DNA of 64,000 nucleotides from the human T2T-CHM13v2.0 reference genome, Homo sapiens, in NCBI RefSeq assembly GCF_009914755.1, contig NC_060938.1; one strand, given 5' to 3'. Positions 19,096 through 32,189 of the stretch are shown here, in pieces. The translations under genes and the position numbers were made by a program. The notes beneath the pieces were generated by a model that did no database searches, was not told where the DNA came from, and was given only the letters and a program-made list of their open reading frames with translations. Within the stretch, counting starts at the first letter, position 1; every line of letters starts with the position of its first letter.

Positions 19096-20324
19096 TGCCA
19101 GACGATCTGCCACAAAAATTTACTGGGTCTATTTTATGGCTATTGTTTGTTCACCTTGAAAATAATCATGGGATCATAGAAGTCAAAGTCATGGAGAGCA
19201 GCACAGAGGTTTCTCAGCTGTTGATAAGTTCTTTACAGTAAAGCAGGGTTAAATGTAGAAGGTATGATACTGAGAGCTTCTCAAAGGTACAGAGGTGAAT
19301 AGAGGAAAAAGAGCAGATAAATTCAGACAGAATGTCGTTAAGGTCCTAGCAGAAAAAAGACCTGAATTCGGAGTTCTCTTATGCTTTCTACTGGAGTTCC
19401 AACTCTGTGCTTGACCTTTCCAGGGCCTGCAGGTGCATGAAGATGGGTGGTTACTATTCCTAGAAAATGTTTATGTAGAAAAATACTGATACATGCTGAT
19501 ATGGTTTGACTGTGTCCCCACCCAAATCTCATCTTGAATGGAACATATTGCAAAGTGGTAGCATGATATTTTACTAAACTAAGTTACTGTCAAGACATTC
19601 AGAGATATTTTTAAATGGTACACCAAATTTCAACACCCTAAATGCTCACTCAAGCTGATTACAAATGATTGCTTGCCATTCTTTGTGTATGAGTGTGATT
19701 ACCACCTGCAGTAACTTAAAGACGACTATTCAGGGTGAAATCTGCCTCTGAATTGCCATCCTGGTCACAAATCTTTTCCTTCCCAAGTGGAAATCTTCTC
19801 CAGAAGAAATAATAACAATAGTATTTTGGTTAGTGTTCAGTTGTGGAGAGTAAAACTCACTCTAGCTAGTTTAAGCAGTAAGGTGTTCATCACGGAGCAT
19901 TAAATGGCCCACAGATTTTAGGTTGAGTGTCCAGGAATGGTTCCCAAAGCCACATTGGCTGTCAAGGGATTATGCCTTTGCTACCATTAGAAAGCCATGG
20001 TATAAGAAAGATACCATCACAGCTGTTAGCTCTAGAGCCTCTGCTATCAGTGGAAAATAGCCTACCAAGTTAGGAAACCTTTGCTACAGCTGCTGTCCCA
20101 GGCTGCCACTGCAGTTCTAAGGCACATCAACAAAATTGGATTCCAGACTCTAGGCTGAGTGTCATTCCTGGACACTCAACCTAGAAGTTTAACATCTAAT
20201 TGTAGGAACTTAAATCTAGAATCCTAGGTGCAAGGGATTGGGAAATGGTGCAAGGGATTTAGTCCCATTATATTAAAAGAAGTTAGAATGCATGCTTACT
20301 GGCCAGTGTTTACTAGAAATATCT

Positions 20325-20595
20325 AACATTTGTCAAGAACCTGTACGTGAGTCACGGTAATTACTTCTTCACATGAATGATCTGAGTCTTACAACCACCC
20401 AATTAGGTAGTTACGTCCTATTAGTGAGATACTATTATTATAGCCACTTTTACAGGTGAGGAATCTGCTGGTAGGAAAAGTTATTTTCTCAAGCTCGGGT
20501 CACAGAACAGAACATGGTGAAATTGGCATTTGAACCTAAGTGTGTTTGACTCTAAATTCTGGAATCTGGTCTCTTAACAATCATACTATACTGTT
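20325..20595 (-). mobile_element. MIR
   Basis: 'tcttacaaccacc...attattatagccacttttacaggtgaggaa...tttgaacctaag...tgactcta' MIR core. Confidence 0.65.
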
Positions 20596-20691
20596 TCTAC
20601 TATCTTTACCAATTAAGTGAAAAGAAAATTAGTTTAAAAGATATTTGGATATCATCAATCATCAAGACACTGTGCTAAGATCATACATAAA

Positions 20692-20965
20692 TTTTTTTTT
20701 TTTTTGAGACAGTCTTGCCTGTCACCCAACCTGAAGTGCAGTGGCATGATCTCGGCTCACTGCAGACTCCGCATCCTAGGTTCAAGCAATTCTCCTGCCT
20801 CAGTCCCCAAGTAACTGGGATTACAGGTGTGTGCCACCATGCCTGGCTAATTTTTGTATTTTTAGTAGAGATGGGGTTTCACCATGTTGACCAGACTGGT
20901 CTCGAACTCCTGACCTTGTGATCTGACTGCCTTGGCCTCCCAAAGTGCTGGGGTTACACGTGTGA
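20692..20965 (-). mobile_element. AluS lacking the first ~14 nt
   Basis: Poly-T then Alu body ending at 'gggttacacgtgtgag'. Confidence 0.9.
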
Positions 20966-21164
20966 GGATGGCATTAATCTAGAGGTAAACTATAGGCACA
21001 ATTATTATACAAGGTAGGAAGTAAATGTCATAAGAGAGTATAGACAAAATGCCCTTGGAATTATTTGGAGAGATTTACTCAGAGAATTCAGAAAGAAGTT
21101 TAGCTAACACTGGGCTTTGAAGGGTAAATGGTTTTTGAACATTCAGAAAAGGAAGAAGGTTACT

Positions 21165-23825
21165 TGTATCAGGCTGTTCTCATGCTGCTAATAAAGACAT
21201 ACATGAGACTCAGTAATTTATAAAGAAAAGAGGTTTAAATGACTCACAGTTCAGCATGTCTTGGGGAGGCCTCATGAAACTTACAATCATGGCAGAAGAG
21301 GAAGCAAACACATCCTTCACATGGAGGCAGCAAGGAAAAGTGCAGAGCTGATATGATTTGGCTGTGTCCCCACCCAGATCTCATCTTGAATTCCCGTGTG
21401 TTGTGGGAGGGACCCAGTGGGAGATGATTGAATGATGGGGGCAGATATTTCCCGTGCTGTTCTCATGATAGTGAATAAGTCTCATGAGATCTTATGGTTC
21501 TACAAGGGGGAGTTTCCCTGCACAAGCTCTCTCTCTTTGCCTGCTGCCATCCATGTAAGATGTGACTTGCTCCTCTTTGCCTTCCACCATGATTTTGAGG
21601 CTTCCCCAGCCACGTGGAATTGTGAGTTCTCTGTTAAACCTCTTTCCTTTGTAAATTGCCCAGTCTCAGGTATGTTTTTATCAGCAGAATGAAATGAACT
21701 AATACAGTAAATTGGTACTGGTAGCATGGGGTGCTGCTGAAAAGATACCTGAAAATGTGCAAGCGACTTTGGAACTGTGTAACGGGCAGGGATTGGAACA
21801 GTTTGGAGGGCTCAGAAGAAGACAGGAAAATGTGGGACAGTTTGGAACTTCCTAGAGACTTGTTGAATGGCTTTGCCCAAAATGCTGATAGTGATATGGA
21901 AAATAAAGTCCAGGCTGAGGTGGTCTCAGATGGAGATGAGGAACTTGGGAACTGGAGCAGAGGTGACTCTTGTTATATTTCAGCAAAGAGACTGGCAGCA
22001 TTTTGCCCCTGCCTTAGAGATTTGTTGAACTTTGAACTTGAGAGATGATTTAGGGTATCTGGCGGAAGAAATTTCCAAGCAGCAAAGCATTCAAGATGTA
22101 ACTAGGATGTGGTTAAAGGCATTCAGTTTTATAAGGGAAGCAGAGCATGAAAGTTTGGAAAATTTGCAGCCTGACAATGTGATAGAAAAGAAAATCCCAT
22201 TTTATGAGGAAAAATCCAAGCCGGCTGCAGAAATTTGCATATGTAATGAGGAGCTGAATGTTAATCCCCAAGACAATGGGGAAAATGTCTCCAGGGCATG
22301 TCAGAGGTCTTCATGGCAGCCCTTCCCATTACAGGCCTAGAGGCCTAGGAGGAAAAGTGGTTTTGTGGTCTGGGCCCAGGGTCCCGTGCTGTGTGCAGCC
22401 TAGGGACTTGGTGCCTTATGTCCCAGCCACTCTAGCTGTGGCTAAAAGGGGCCAATGTAGAGCTCAGGCCATGGCTTCAGAGGGTGCAAGCCTGAAGCCT
22501 TGGCAGCTTCCATGTGGTGTTGAGCCTGCCAGTGCACAGAAATCAAGAATTGGGGTTTGGAAACATCTTCCTAGATTTCAGAGGATGTATGGAAATGCTT
22601 GGATGTCCAGGCAGAAGTTTGCCACCGGGGCAGGGCCCTCATGAACCTCTGCTAAGGCAGTGCAGAAGGAAAATGTCAGGTGGGAGCCCCCACACATAGT
22701 CCCCACTGGGGCACCATGTAGTGGAGCTGTGAGAAGAAAGTCACCATCCTGCAGACCCCAGAATGGTAGATCCACTGACAGCATGCAATGTGTGCCTGGA
22801 AAAGCTGCAAACACTCAACACCAGCCCATGAAAGCAGCAGGGAGTGGGGCTGTACCCTGCAAAGCCACAGGGGTGGAGCTGCCCATGACCATAGGAACCC
22901 ACCTCTTACATCAGCATGCCCTGGGTGTGAGACATGGAGTCAAAGGAGATCATTTTGGATCTTTAAGGTTTGACTGCCCCACTGGATTTTGGACTTTCAT
23001 GGGGCCTGTAACCCCTTTGTTTTGTCCAATTTCTGCCGTTTGGAATGGCTGTATTTATCCATTGCCTGTACCCCTATTGTATCTAGGAAGTAACTAACTT
23101 GCTTTTGATTTTACAGGCTCACAGGCAGAAGGGACTTGCCTTGTCTCAGATGAGACTTTGGACAGTGGACTTTCGAGTTAATGCTGAAATGAGTTAAGAC
23201 TTTGGGGGACTGTTGGGAAGGCATGATTGGTTTTGAAATATGAGGACATGAGATTTGGGATGGCCCAGGGGCAGAATGATATAGTTTGGCTCTGTGTCCC
23301 CACCCAAATCTCATATTGAATTCGCATGTGTTGTGGGAGGGACCTGGTGGGAGGCAATTGAATCATGGGGGCAGGTCTTTCCTGTGCTGTTCTCATGGTA
23401 GTGAATAAGTCTCACAAGATCTGATGGTTCCATAAGGGGGAGTTTCCCTGCACAAGCACCCTCTCTTTGCCTGCTGCCATCCATGTAAAACGTGACTTGC
23501 TCCTCCTTGTCTTCCACCATGATTGTGAGGGTTCCCCAGCCACATGGAACTATAAGTCCAGTTAAACCTCTTTCTTTTGTAAATTGCCCATTCTTAGGTA
23601 TATCTTTATTAGCAGCATGAAAACAGACTAATACAAGAGTGACGGGGGGGAAAGCCCCTTATAAAACTATCAGATCTTGTGAGAACTCACTATCACTAGA
23701 ACAGCATGGAGGTCACCATCCCCATTATTCATTTACCTCCCACCAAGTCCTCCTGTGACATGTGGGGATTATGTGAACTCAAGTCCAAGATGAGATTTGG
23801 GAGAGGACGGAGCTAAACCATATCA
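21165..23825 (-). mobile_element. THE1C-like solo LTR split in two (21165-21348 and 23636-23825) by a THE1 provirus
   Basis: The halves join into a contiguous THE1 LTR ('...caaggaaaagtgcagagc | gacggggggg aaagccccttataaaac...aaaccatatca'). Confidence 0.88.
21349..23635 (+). mobile_element. Complete THE1A/B MaLR provirus: 5'LTR 21349-21706, internal 21707-23276, 3'LTR 23277-23635
   Basis: Two ~358-bp TG...CA LTRs; internal region starts 'gtaaattggtac' and ends in PPT 'ccaggggcagaa'; 5-bp TSD agagc/agagt. Confidence 0.95.
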
Positions 23826-24104
23826 GTAGTTAATAGTCACAGAAGCTGGAAATCCTGAGGCATGTGTGGACTAATTGCACATATTCCAATTTGGTTAGCA
23901 CGAACAGCAAATAAAATGGAGCAGAGAAAAATATGGCTGAAAAGGCTTTGAATGCTAAGTCATTTGGAATTCCTTTTGTAGATTGTCAGGAACCCTGAAG
24001 GTCCTTGAGCAGAGGGGTTACATGAGAGCTCTGTTATATGAAGATATTAGGATCTTTTGGATAATCTGGAGTTGGAGGACTAGAGATCAAATTAGATTGG
24101 AGCT

Positions 24105-24285
24105 ACATCTTTACAAAAAATAAAGAAATTAGCAGGCATGGTGATGTGCACCTGTAGTCCGAGCTACTTGGGAGGCTGAGGTGAGAGGATCACTTGAGCC
24201 TGGGCAGTTGAGACTGCAGTGAACCATGATGGTGCTACTGTACTCCAGCCTGGGTGACAGAGAGAGAGCCTGTCTCAAAAAAAAA
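24105..24285 (+). mobile_element. 5'-truncated AluJ/FRAM-like right arm
   Basis: 'aaattagcaggcatggtg...gaggatcacttgagcctggg...gtctcaaaaaaaaa'; approximate TSD attggagct/attggaagct. Confidence 0.85.
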
Positions 24286-24707
24286 TTGGAAGCTGATATA
24301 ATGACTTTTGAGAACTGACAGACAGATACTCTAATTTGATGACAGTGGAAGTGAGATGAACTGGGTATGAGGATTAGAAAAAAGAGAGCTGGACTTAGCA
24401 GTTCTTAACAACTAATTAGATGTTGATAGCAAGGAAGAGAGAAGAGTCAGATTATTCTGAGGTTTCCTTCCTGGGTCATGAGAACAATGATTTCATTAAT
24501 AAAAGTGTATAAGGGCATAAGAAGTGCGTAAGTTCTTAAGAAGAATATACTTACATGGGAAATTAATGAGTTCGATTTTGGATTTTTCAAGTGAAAACAC
24601 TGGTGTGACAACCCAAGAGACATGGCCAACAAATTTGGAAATGTGGAATGGGAGATCAGAAGAGAAGTCAGACTAGAAGCATAAGATTTTAAATTTATCT
24701 GCATATA

Positions 24708-24931
24708 GCAGTACTCAAGATAGCTGCACTTCAGTAGCACCTAGAGAGCTTTAAAAAGTACATGTGCTGGACCCCAGAGATTCTGATTTAATTGGTAAGG
24801 CTAAAAATTTTGATTTAATCAGTTTGGTCAGTGATGCAGATTTAATTAGTATAGGGTAAGGACCTGGTATTTTTATAGTTTGTAAAGCTCCCCAGATGAT
24901 TCTAATGTACAACCATGTTTGATAACTACTG
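24708..24931. mobile_element. MER5-type hAT DNA transposon relic
   Basis: 'cagtactcaa...ccccagagattctgatttaattgg...ctcccagatgattctaatgtaca...tttgataactactg'. Confidence 0.7.
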
Positions 24932-25599
24932 ACAGAGGTAATTCATGAGCATGAGGTTGGGCAGGATTTGAAAAGGATAGTATAAAAAGAGAGAAAAGAA
25001 AGTTAATGGTAGAGCCCTTTATAGCATTTATGTTCAATGAGTAGAAAGAGAAGTCAGACAATAGGCAAAGAGGTAGAAAATAAACCAGGAAAAGAGCCAG
25101 AGAGTTGAGAGGAGTCAGCAATGCCACATGCCACAGAGAGCAGAGGAGACTTCTAAGAAAGGATTTAATAGAGGCAGGGGGTGGCATTGGAGGACATGTT
25201 ATAATTTGCTTTGTACATGCTTGTTCACTGTTCGCTCCTGGTTAAGTTACAAATTCATAATTAAAAGGAAGAAGCTGAGAGATGAAAAGCTGAGAAAGTG
25301 CTTAGACAGGCAAGTTTACTGGGGTAAGCCTTCAGATGAGTGAAATGATTTCAGAACTTAGTTGGAGTTTTGGAATCCAGGATTTCAGAAATGTAGCAAA
25401 CCTGCATGATGACAATCCAGTGGGCATAGTTCTGAGAGAGGAGTGCTGTAGTGGCCAAACATGTTTTAGGAGTCTAGGTCAGACAACTGTGAGGTTACAG
25501 TTCAGTGGATCTTCACATGTATGATTAAATCAGCTATGATGTGACAAGACTTGTAGTATAAAGGAGAATGCTGAACCAGATGCCTGAAGTCTTTTCTTT

Positions 25600-27043
25600 A
25601 ACTGCTTATTTTAAAAATTGGCACATTGTAAGTGTATATGTTTATAGGGTACAATTTGATGTTTCAGTACATATCTGTATATGGATCATGTTGTATAATG
25701 ATCCCATCAGGATAGTTAATGTGTCCTTCACTTCATGCATTTGTTTGTGGTGAGACCATTCAAAAACCTCTCCTCTAGCTATTTTGTGATACACAATATT
25801 TTGCTGTCAACCCTAGTCACCCTACTGTGCAATAGAACACCAGAATTTATTCCTCCTATCTAATTGTAACTTTGTACCTGTTGATTAACCTCTCCCCATC
25901 TTTCTCTCCTCCCTTCCCTCCCTTCCCTCCCTTCCCTCCCCAGTTTCTGGTAACCATTGATCTACTCTCTGCTGCTATAAAATCAACATGTGAATTTTTT
26001 CAGATTCCATGTCTAAGTGAGATCATACGGTATTTGCCTTTCTGTATCTGGCTTATTTCACTTAACATGATGTCATCTAGATTCATCACAGATTACATTA
26101 CATTGATGTTGTTGCAAATAACAGGATTTTATTCTTTTTTATGGCTGAAGAGTATTCCATTGTGCATATATACCACATTTTCTGTATTCATCCATTGTTG
26201 GACATGTAAGTTGATTCCATATCTTGGCCATTGGAACTAGTGCTGCAATAAACATGGGGAAGTATATATGTCTTCATCGTACTGATCTCATTTACCTTGT
26301 ATATATACCCAGTAGTGAAATTATTTGATAGGTAGTGGTTCTATTTTTAATTTTTTGAGGAACCTCCATATAGTTTTTTATAATGGCTGTATTAGCTTAC
26401 AATCCTACCAGCAGTGTGTAAGTGTTCCCCTTTTTTCACATCCTTATCAACACTTGTTTTCTTTTGTATTTTTGACAATAGCCATTCTGACTGGCATGAG
26501 GTTGCATCTCATTGTGGTTTTGATTTGCATTTTCCTGATAATTAGAGATGTTGCACATTTTTTCATACACCTGTTGGGCATTTTTGGTGTCCTTTTGAGA
26601 AATATCTACTCAGGTCATTTGCTCACTTTTAAATCAGATTTTTTTTCTGCTATTGAGTTATGCAAGTTTTTAAAAACATAATCTGGGCAGTAACTCCTTG
26701 TCAGATACATAGTTTGCAAATATTTTCTCCTATTCTGTAGGTTTTATTTTCTCTCTGTTGTTTCCATTGCTGTGTAAAAGCTTTTCATATTGCTGTAATC
26801 CCATTTGTCTGTTTTTGCTTTTGTTGCCTGCACTTTTGAAGTCTTATTTTAAAAAAATTATTACCCAGCCCCATGTCGTGAAGTGTTTCCTCTATGTTTT
26901 ATTCTATTTTATAGTTTCAGATTTTACATTTAAATCTTAATCCATTTTGATTTGATTTTTGTATATGGTGCAAGGTAGAGATCTAGTCTCATTCTTCTGT
27001 ATATGGATATCCACTTTTCCCAGCACCATTTATTGAAGAGTCT
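25600..27043 (-). mobile_element. L1MA-type 3' end
   Basis: L1MA 3'UTR ('tgtgcaatagaacaccagaatttattcctcctatctaattgtaac') continuing into the ORF2 C-terminus. Confidence 0.8.
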
Positions 27044-27882
27044 TTTTACTTTTTAATTTTAGGTTCAAGGGGTGCAGGTGCAGGTTTGTTACACAGGTAT
27101 ATTGTGTGATGCTGAGGTTTGAAATTCTAATGATCCCATGACCCAAGTGGCAGATACAGTACCTGATAGGTAGTTTTCAACACTTACCCCTCCCTCTTTT
27201 CTCCCTTTTTTTGGAATTCCTAGTGTCTGTTGTTCCTGTCTTTGTTCCATTTGTACCCAGTATTTAGCTTCCACTTACGAGAATATGTGGTATTTGGTTT
27301 TCTGTTGCTGCGTTAATTTGCCCATGACAGTGGCCTTCAGTTGCATCCATGTTACTTCAAAGGACATGATTTCATTCTATTTTTATGTCTGTGTAGTATT
27401 CTATGCTGCGTAAGTACCACATTTTCTTTATCCAATCCACCATTGATAGGTGCCTGGGTTGATTTCATGTCTTTGCTATTGTGAATAGTGCTGCACTAAA
27501 CATGTGAATGCATGTAACTTTTTGGTATTAATAGAATGATTGATTTTTCTTTGGGTATATACCCAGTAATAGGATTGTTGGGTTGAATGATAATTTTATT
27601 TTCTGTTCTTTGAGAAATCTCCAAACTGCTTTTCACAGGGGCTGAGGTAGTTTACATTCTCACCAACATTGTATAAGCATTCCCTTTTCTCTGCAACCTC
27701 ACCGTTATCCATTATTTTTTGACTTTTTATTAATAGCCATTCTGGCTGGTATTAGATGGTATCTCACCGTAGTTTTGATTTGCATTTCTCTAATGATTAG
27801 TGATGCTGAGCATTTTTTTTGTATGTTTCTTGGCTGCTTGTATGTCTTCTTTTGAGCAGTGTCTGTTCATATCCTTTGCCCA

Positions 27883-28179
<297 letters not shown>

Positions 28180-29124
28180 TGCCCAATTTTAATGGGGTTA
28201 TTTGACTTTTGCTTGTTGATTTGTTTAGTTCCTTATAGATTCTGGGCACTAGTCCTTTGTTGGATGTATAGTTTGTACATATTTTCTCCCATTCTGTAGG
28301 CTGTCTGTTTACTCTGTTGATAGTTTCTTCTGTTGTGCAGAAGCTCGTTGGTTAAGTAGGTCTCACTTGTCAGTTTTTGCTTTTGTTGCACTTACTTTTG
28401 AGGACTTAATCATAAATTCTTTGCTTAGGCCAATGTCTGGAAGAGTATTTCTTAGGTTTTCTTTTAGGATTTTCATAATTTGAAGTCTTACATTTAAGTC
28501 TTTAATCCATCTTAGTTGATTTTTGCATATGGTGAAAGGTAGAGGTCCAGTTTCATTCTTCTGCATATGGTTAGCCACTTTTTGCAACACCATTTATTGA
28601 ATAGGGTTTCCCCATTGCTTATTTTTGTTGACTTTGTCAAAGATCAGATGGATATAGGTGTGCAGCTTTATTTCAGGGGTCTGTATCCTGTTACCTTGGT
28701 CTATGTGTCTGTTTTTGTATCAGTATCATGTTTTGTTTACTGTAGCCTTGTAGTATAATTTGAAGTTGGGTAATGTGTTGCTTCCAGCTTTGTTCTTTTT
28801 GCTTAGGATCATTTTGACTATTCAGGCTTTTTTTTGTTCAGTATGAATTTTAGAATAGTTATAATTCTGTGAAAAATGACATTGGTAATTTCATAGGAAT
28901 AGCATTGAATTTGTAGATTGCATTGAGCAGTATGGCCATTTTAATTATATTGATCCTTCCAATCCATGTATGTGGAATGTTTTTCCATGTGTTTGTGTCA
29001 TCCCTGATTTCTTTCAGCAGTGTTTTGTAGTTCTCATTGCAGCAATCTTTAATCTCTTTGGGTAGATGTATTTCTAGGTATTTTTTTCTTTTCAACTGTT
29101 GTGAATGGGAGTGTGTTTTTGATT

Positions 29125-29173
29125 TGGGCAAGAGAGCAAGACTCCGTATCCCCCCCCAAAAAAGAAAAAAAAA
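29125..29173 (+). mobile_element. Very short Alu 3' fragment with A tail
   Basis: 'tgggcaagagagcaagactccgtatc' + A-rich tail. Confidence 0.8.
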
Positions 29174-30108
29174 TGCTACTGACTTTTATACATTGATTTT
29201 GCATTCTGAAACTTTGCTGAAGTTGTTTATCAGGTCTAGGAGTCTTTTGGCAGAACCTTTGGGTTTTTAAGGTATAGAATGCTATCATCAGTGAAGAGAG
29301 ACAATTTGACTTCCTTTTTTTCTATTTGGATAACTTTTATTTTTGTCTCCTGACGATTGCTTTGGCTAGGACTTCCAGTACTATGTTGAATACAAGTAGT
29401 GAGGTTGACATCCTTGTTTTTTTCCAGTTCTTAGATGCCTCCAACTTTGCCTATTCACTATGATGTTAGCCATGGGTTTGTCAGAGGTGGCACTTATTAT
29501 TTTTAGCTATGTTCCTTTGATGGCTAGTTTGTTGAGGAATTTTATCATGAAGGGATATTAGAGTTTATCAAAATCTTTTTCTGCATCTATTGGGAGTTAG
29601 GGAGGAGTCTCTCCTTGAATTTTTGGAATGTTTCAATAGGATTGGTTCCAGCCCTTCTTTGTATGTGCGGTAAAATTTGGCTGTGAATCCATCTGGTCCA
29701 GGGCTTTTTTTTTGGTTGGTAGGTCTTTTTTATTACTGATTCAATTTCATTACTCATTATCGGTATGTTCAGGATTTCTGTTTCTTCCTGCTTCAATCGT
29801 AGGAGGTTTTGTGTTTTCAGGAATTTATTCATTTCCTCTAGATTTTTCTAATCTGTATGCATAGCAATGTTCATAGTAGACTCTGGGGGCCTTTTATGTG
29901 TCTGTGGAATCAGTTGTAATGTCACCCTTTGTCATTTCTGATTGTGCTTACTTGGATAATCTTTTTTTTCTTGGTTAATCTAGGTAGCCATCTATCAATC
30001 TTGTTTATCCTTTCAAAGAACTAATTTTTTACTTCATTGATTCTTTGTATGGTTTTTGGATCTCAATTTCATTTAGTTCTGCTCTGATTTTAGTTATTTC
30101 TTTTCTTC

Positions 30109-31600
30109 ACCTCCAAGATTTCAGTTTGGTCATTTTAATATCATTCTTTTTAATGTCTATCTCTTTGTTGAATTTCTCATTCAGAACATGAATGTTTTCT
30201 TAGTTTCATTAAATTGTTTGTGTTCTCTTGTATCTCACTGAATTTCCTTAAGATCATTATTTTGAACTTCTTTTCAAGCATTTCATAAATGTCCTTTCCT
30301 TCGGAGCCTGTTACTAGAGACTATGTTCCTTTGGGAGTGTCATGTCCTTACTTTTTCTTGTTTCTTGTGTCCCTTTGTTGATATCTGCACATCTAATAGA
30401 ATAGGGATTTTTTTTTGTTTGTTTTATGGAGTAGCTTTTGTAGGAAGAGATCTTTTTCTTGTAGACGCATCTAGAGTATTAATTGGGTATGGTGCGTTGG
30501 CTTTATTTCTGGTGAACTCAGTAACATGGTCCCCATGCAGTTTCTTCAGCTATTATTCTCATCAGTGATGTCTGTGATTGCTTCAGTGACCTAGGCTGTG
30601 GGAGTTTTGATGGTATTGGCACAGGTTTGCTGGGAGCAGGGGCACTGGTCTGGTTGTCAGGCTGGGTACATGCAGTCACAGAGGGCTGACAGGCTATCTG
30701 GTGGGCTTTCTGGAGAGGCAGAGCTGCCGCTGGACTGGATGTTGGGGTGAGTGTGGGTGTGGTGGTGCCAGGTGGCCCTGCAGTGGTGTATCCACGAAAG
30801 CAGGGATACCACAGGACTAGCTGTCAGGCTGGGCATGGGCACATATGGGCTCAGTGATCTAGTCAGCTTTGCAGCACAGGTGTTTGTGAAGTGGCTGGCC
30901 AGCTGTTCAGCGGCTTCCTTACTGTATAGGTTTGCCTGTTCCCTGGGAGTGGGGGTAGTGTGCTATGTAGGTTCAGATGCCAGGGTCTCAGTTGTTATGT
31001 GGCCTAGGCTTCACACAGCTGGGGTCATAGTGCTGCAGGCATCCAGATGAACTTGGTAGAATGATGGCGAGTCTCAGAGACAGTGAGATTCTGTCACAGA
31101 GATAGAGACTGGCTCTTAGTGCAGGGCACACTCTAGCTGAGGGTCCAGTGTCAACAAGGCATTGAGCATAGCAGCTTACATTGTTGAGGTGGGAGGTGCT
31201 CAAGGTAGGCTTTTCTGAGGCAATGCAGCTAAGCAAACTCCTGATTACTCTCCAAACTGAATTTGGAGCTTTTGAGGACTGGAGGACTCTCCTGTAGCAA
31301 GGACTGGCATTTGTGGTGGTAATGGGCACCACTGCATATATCCAGCATACCTCTTCCCTGTAAGAAGTTCCCCCTGACTTCAAGCTGATCTTGGGAGACA
31401 ATGTGGCAAAGTCAGGGTGCCTTTCTCACCTCTCTATGGTGCTATCTGTGCTTCTGTTCTCCACAGGGATATTGCTGCTCCCCTGGTGTCTGCTAGCATA
31501 CTTCCTCAGTCACTTTAGTTGACATATAGTTGTTTATTTATTGTTTTGGTCCCTTCATGTGGGAGAGAAGTCAAATCGACTTGGCAACCTTGATGATGTC
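30109..31600 (-). mobile_element. Older L1M ORF1 5' part and GC-richer 5'UTR
   Basis: ORF1-like 'ccaagatttcagtttggtc...atctctttgttgaatttctcattcaga'; 5'UTR-like GC-rich stretch 30600-31560. Confidence 0.6.
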
Positions 31601-32189
31601 ACTACCTGGGATGCATGGAGTCTTACTGATTTTGAGGGAGTGGTTTGGAGGTTGGTAATCATGGTAATGTGGATGGGAAGAGAATAGTGGTTATATATAG
31701 ACATGAGAGTTTCAAAGGAGAGGGCATTGTTGAGGGATATTTTTTAAAATCTGAAAATCACAGTGTGGACTGAGAGTGGTAGCCCAGCATTTCCTTCTCT
31801 GGTTACATGGATTCAAAGGTGAGTGAAAGCATGTTTTCTTTCTCTCAGCATCTTTGTTACTTCACTTCTCGAATAAGTTTCTCTTTGTTAGAATTAGGTT
31901 CAGAATAGCAATTTCCTTATTGGTTACTCTGTTTTCTGAGAAGTAGAATTATCAACAAAGAAACAGGAATATTTCAGATCATCTACTATGTAAGAATCAA
32001 ATGAGATTGTGTATTTCAGAGTGTTTTAAAAAGAGCAAAGTATTCCAAATATCTTTATTCCTATTAATCACGTTAAAAATGGAATGAGAACTGAACTACC
32101 CATAAAGTTTCTACAAATGATGCCATTATTTTATAGATGAGTAAAATTTTAATTGAAAAAACCCAACATTGTATAAATTATTAAGTTCT

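Larger units (their letters stand above)
23830..25200 (-). mobile_element. Degraded L2, interrupted by an Alu and a MER5
   Basis: Purine-rich L2 body motifs ('ggctttgaatg', 'gattagatgt...aaggaagagagaagagtca'). Confidence 0.5.

Noticed and set aside
20227-20259. Short direct repeats (ggtgcaagggatt x2; similar ones at ~10200, ~15740, ~32180) as an array or CRISPR-like structure
   Set aside because: Only two or three copies each with no spacer series; ordinary slippage duplications in eukaryotic DNA
21731-23097. Cluster of 100-145-aa ORFs
   Set aside because: Fragments of the degenerate THE1 internal ORF; frameshifted, no evidence of domestication
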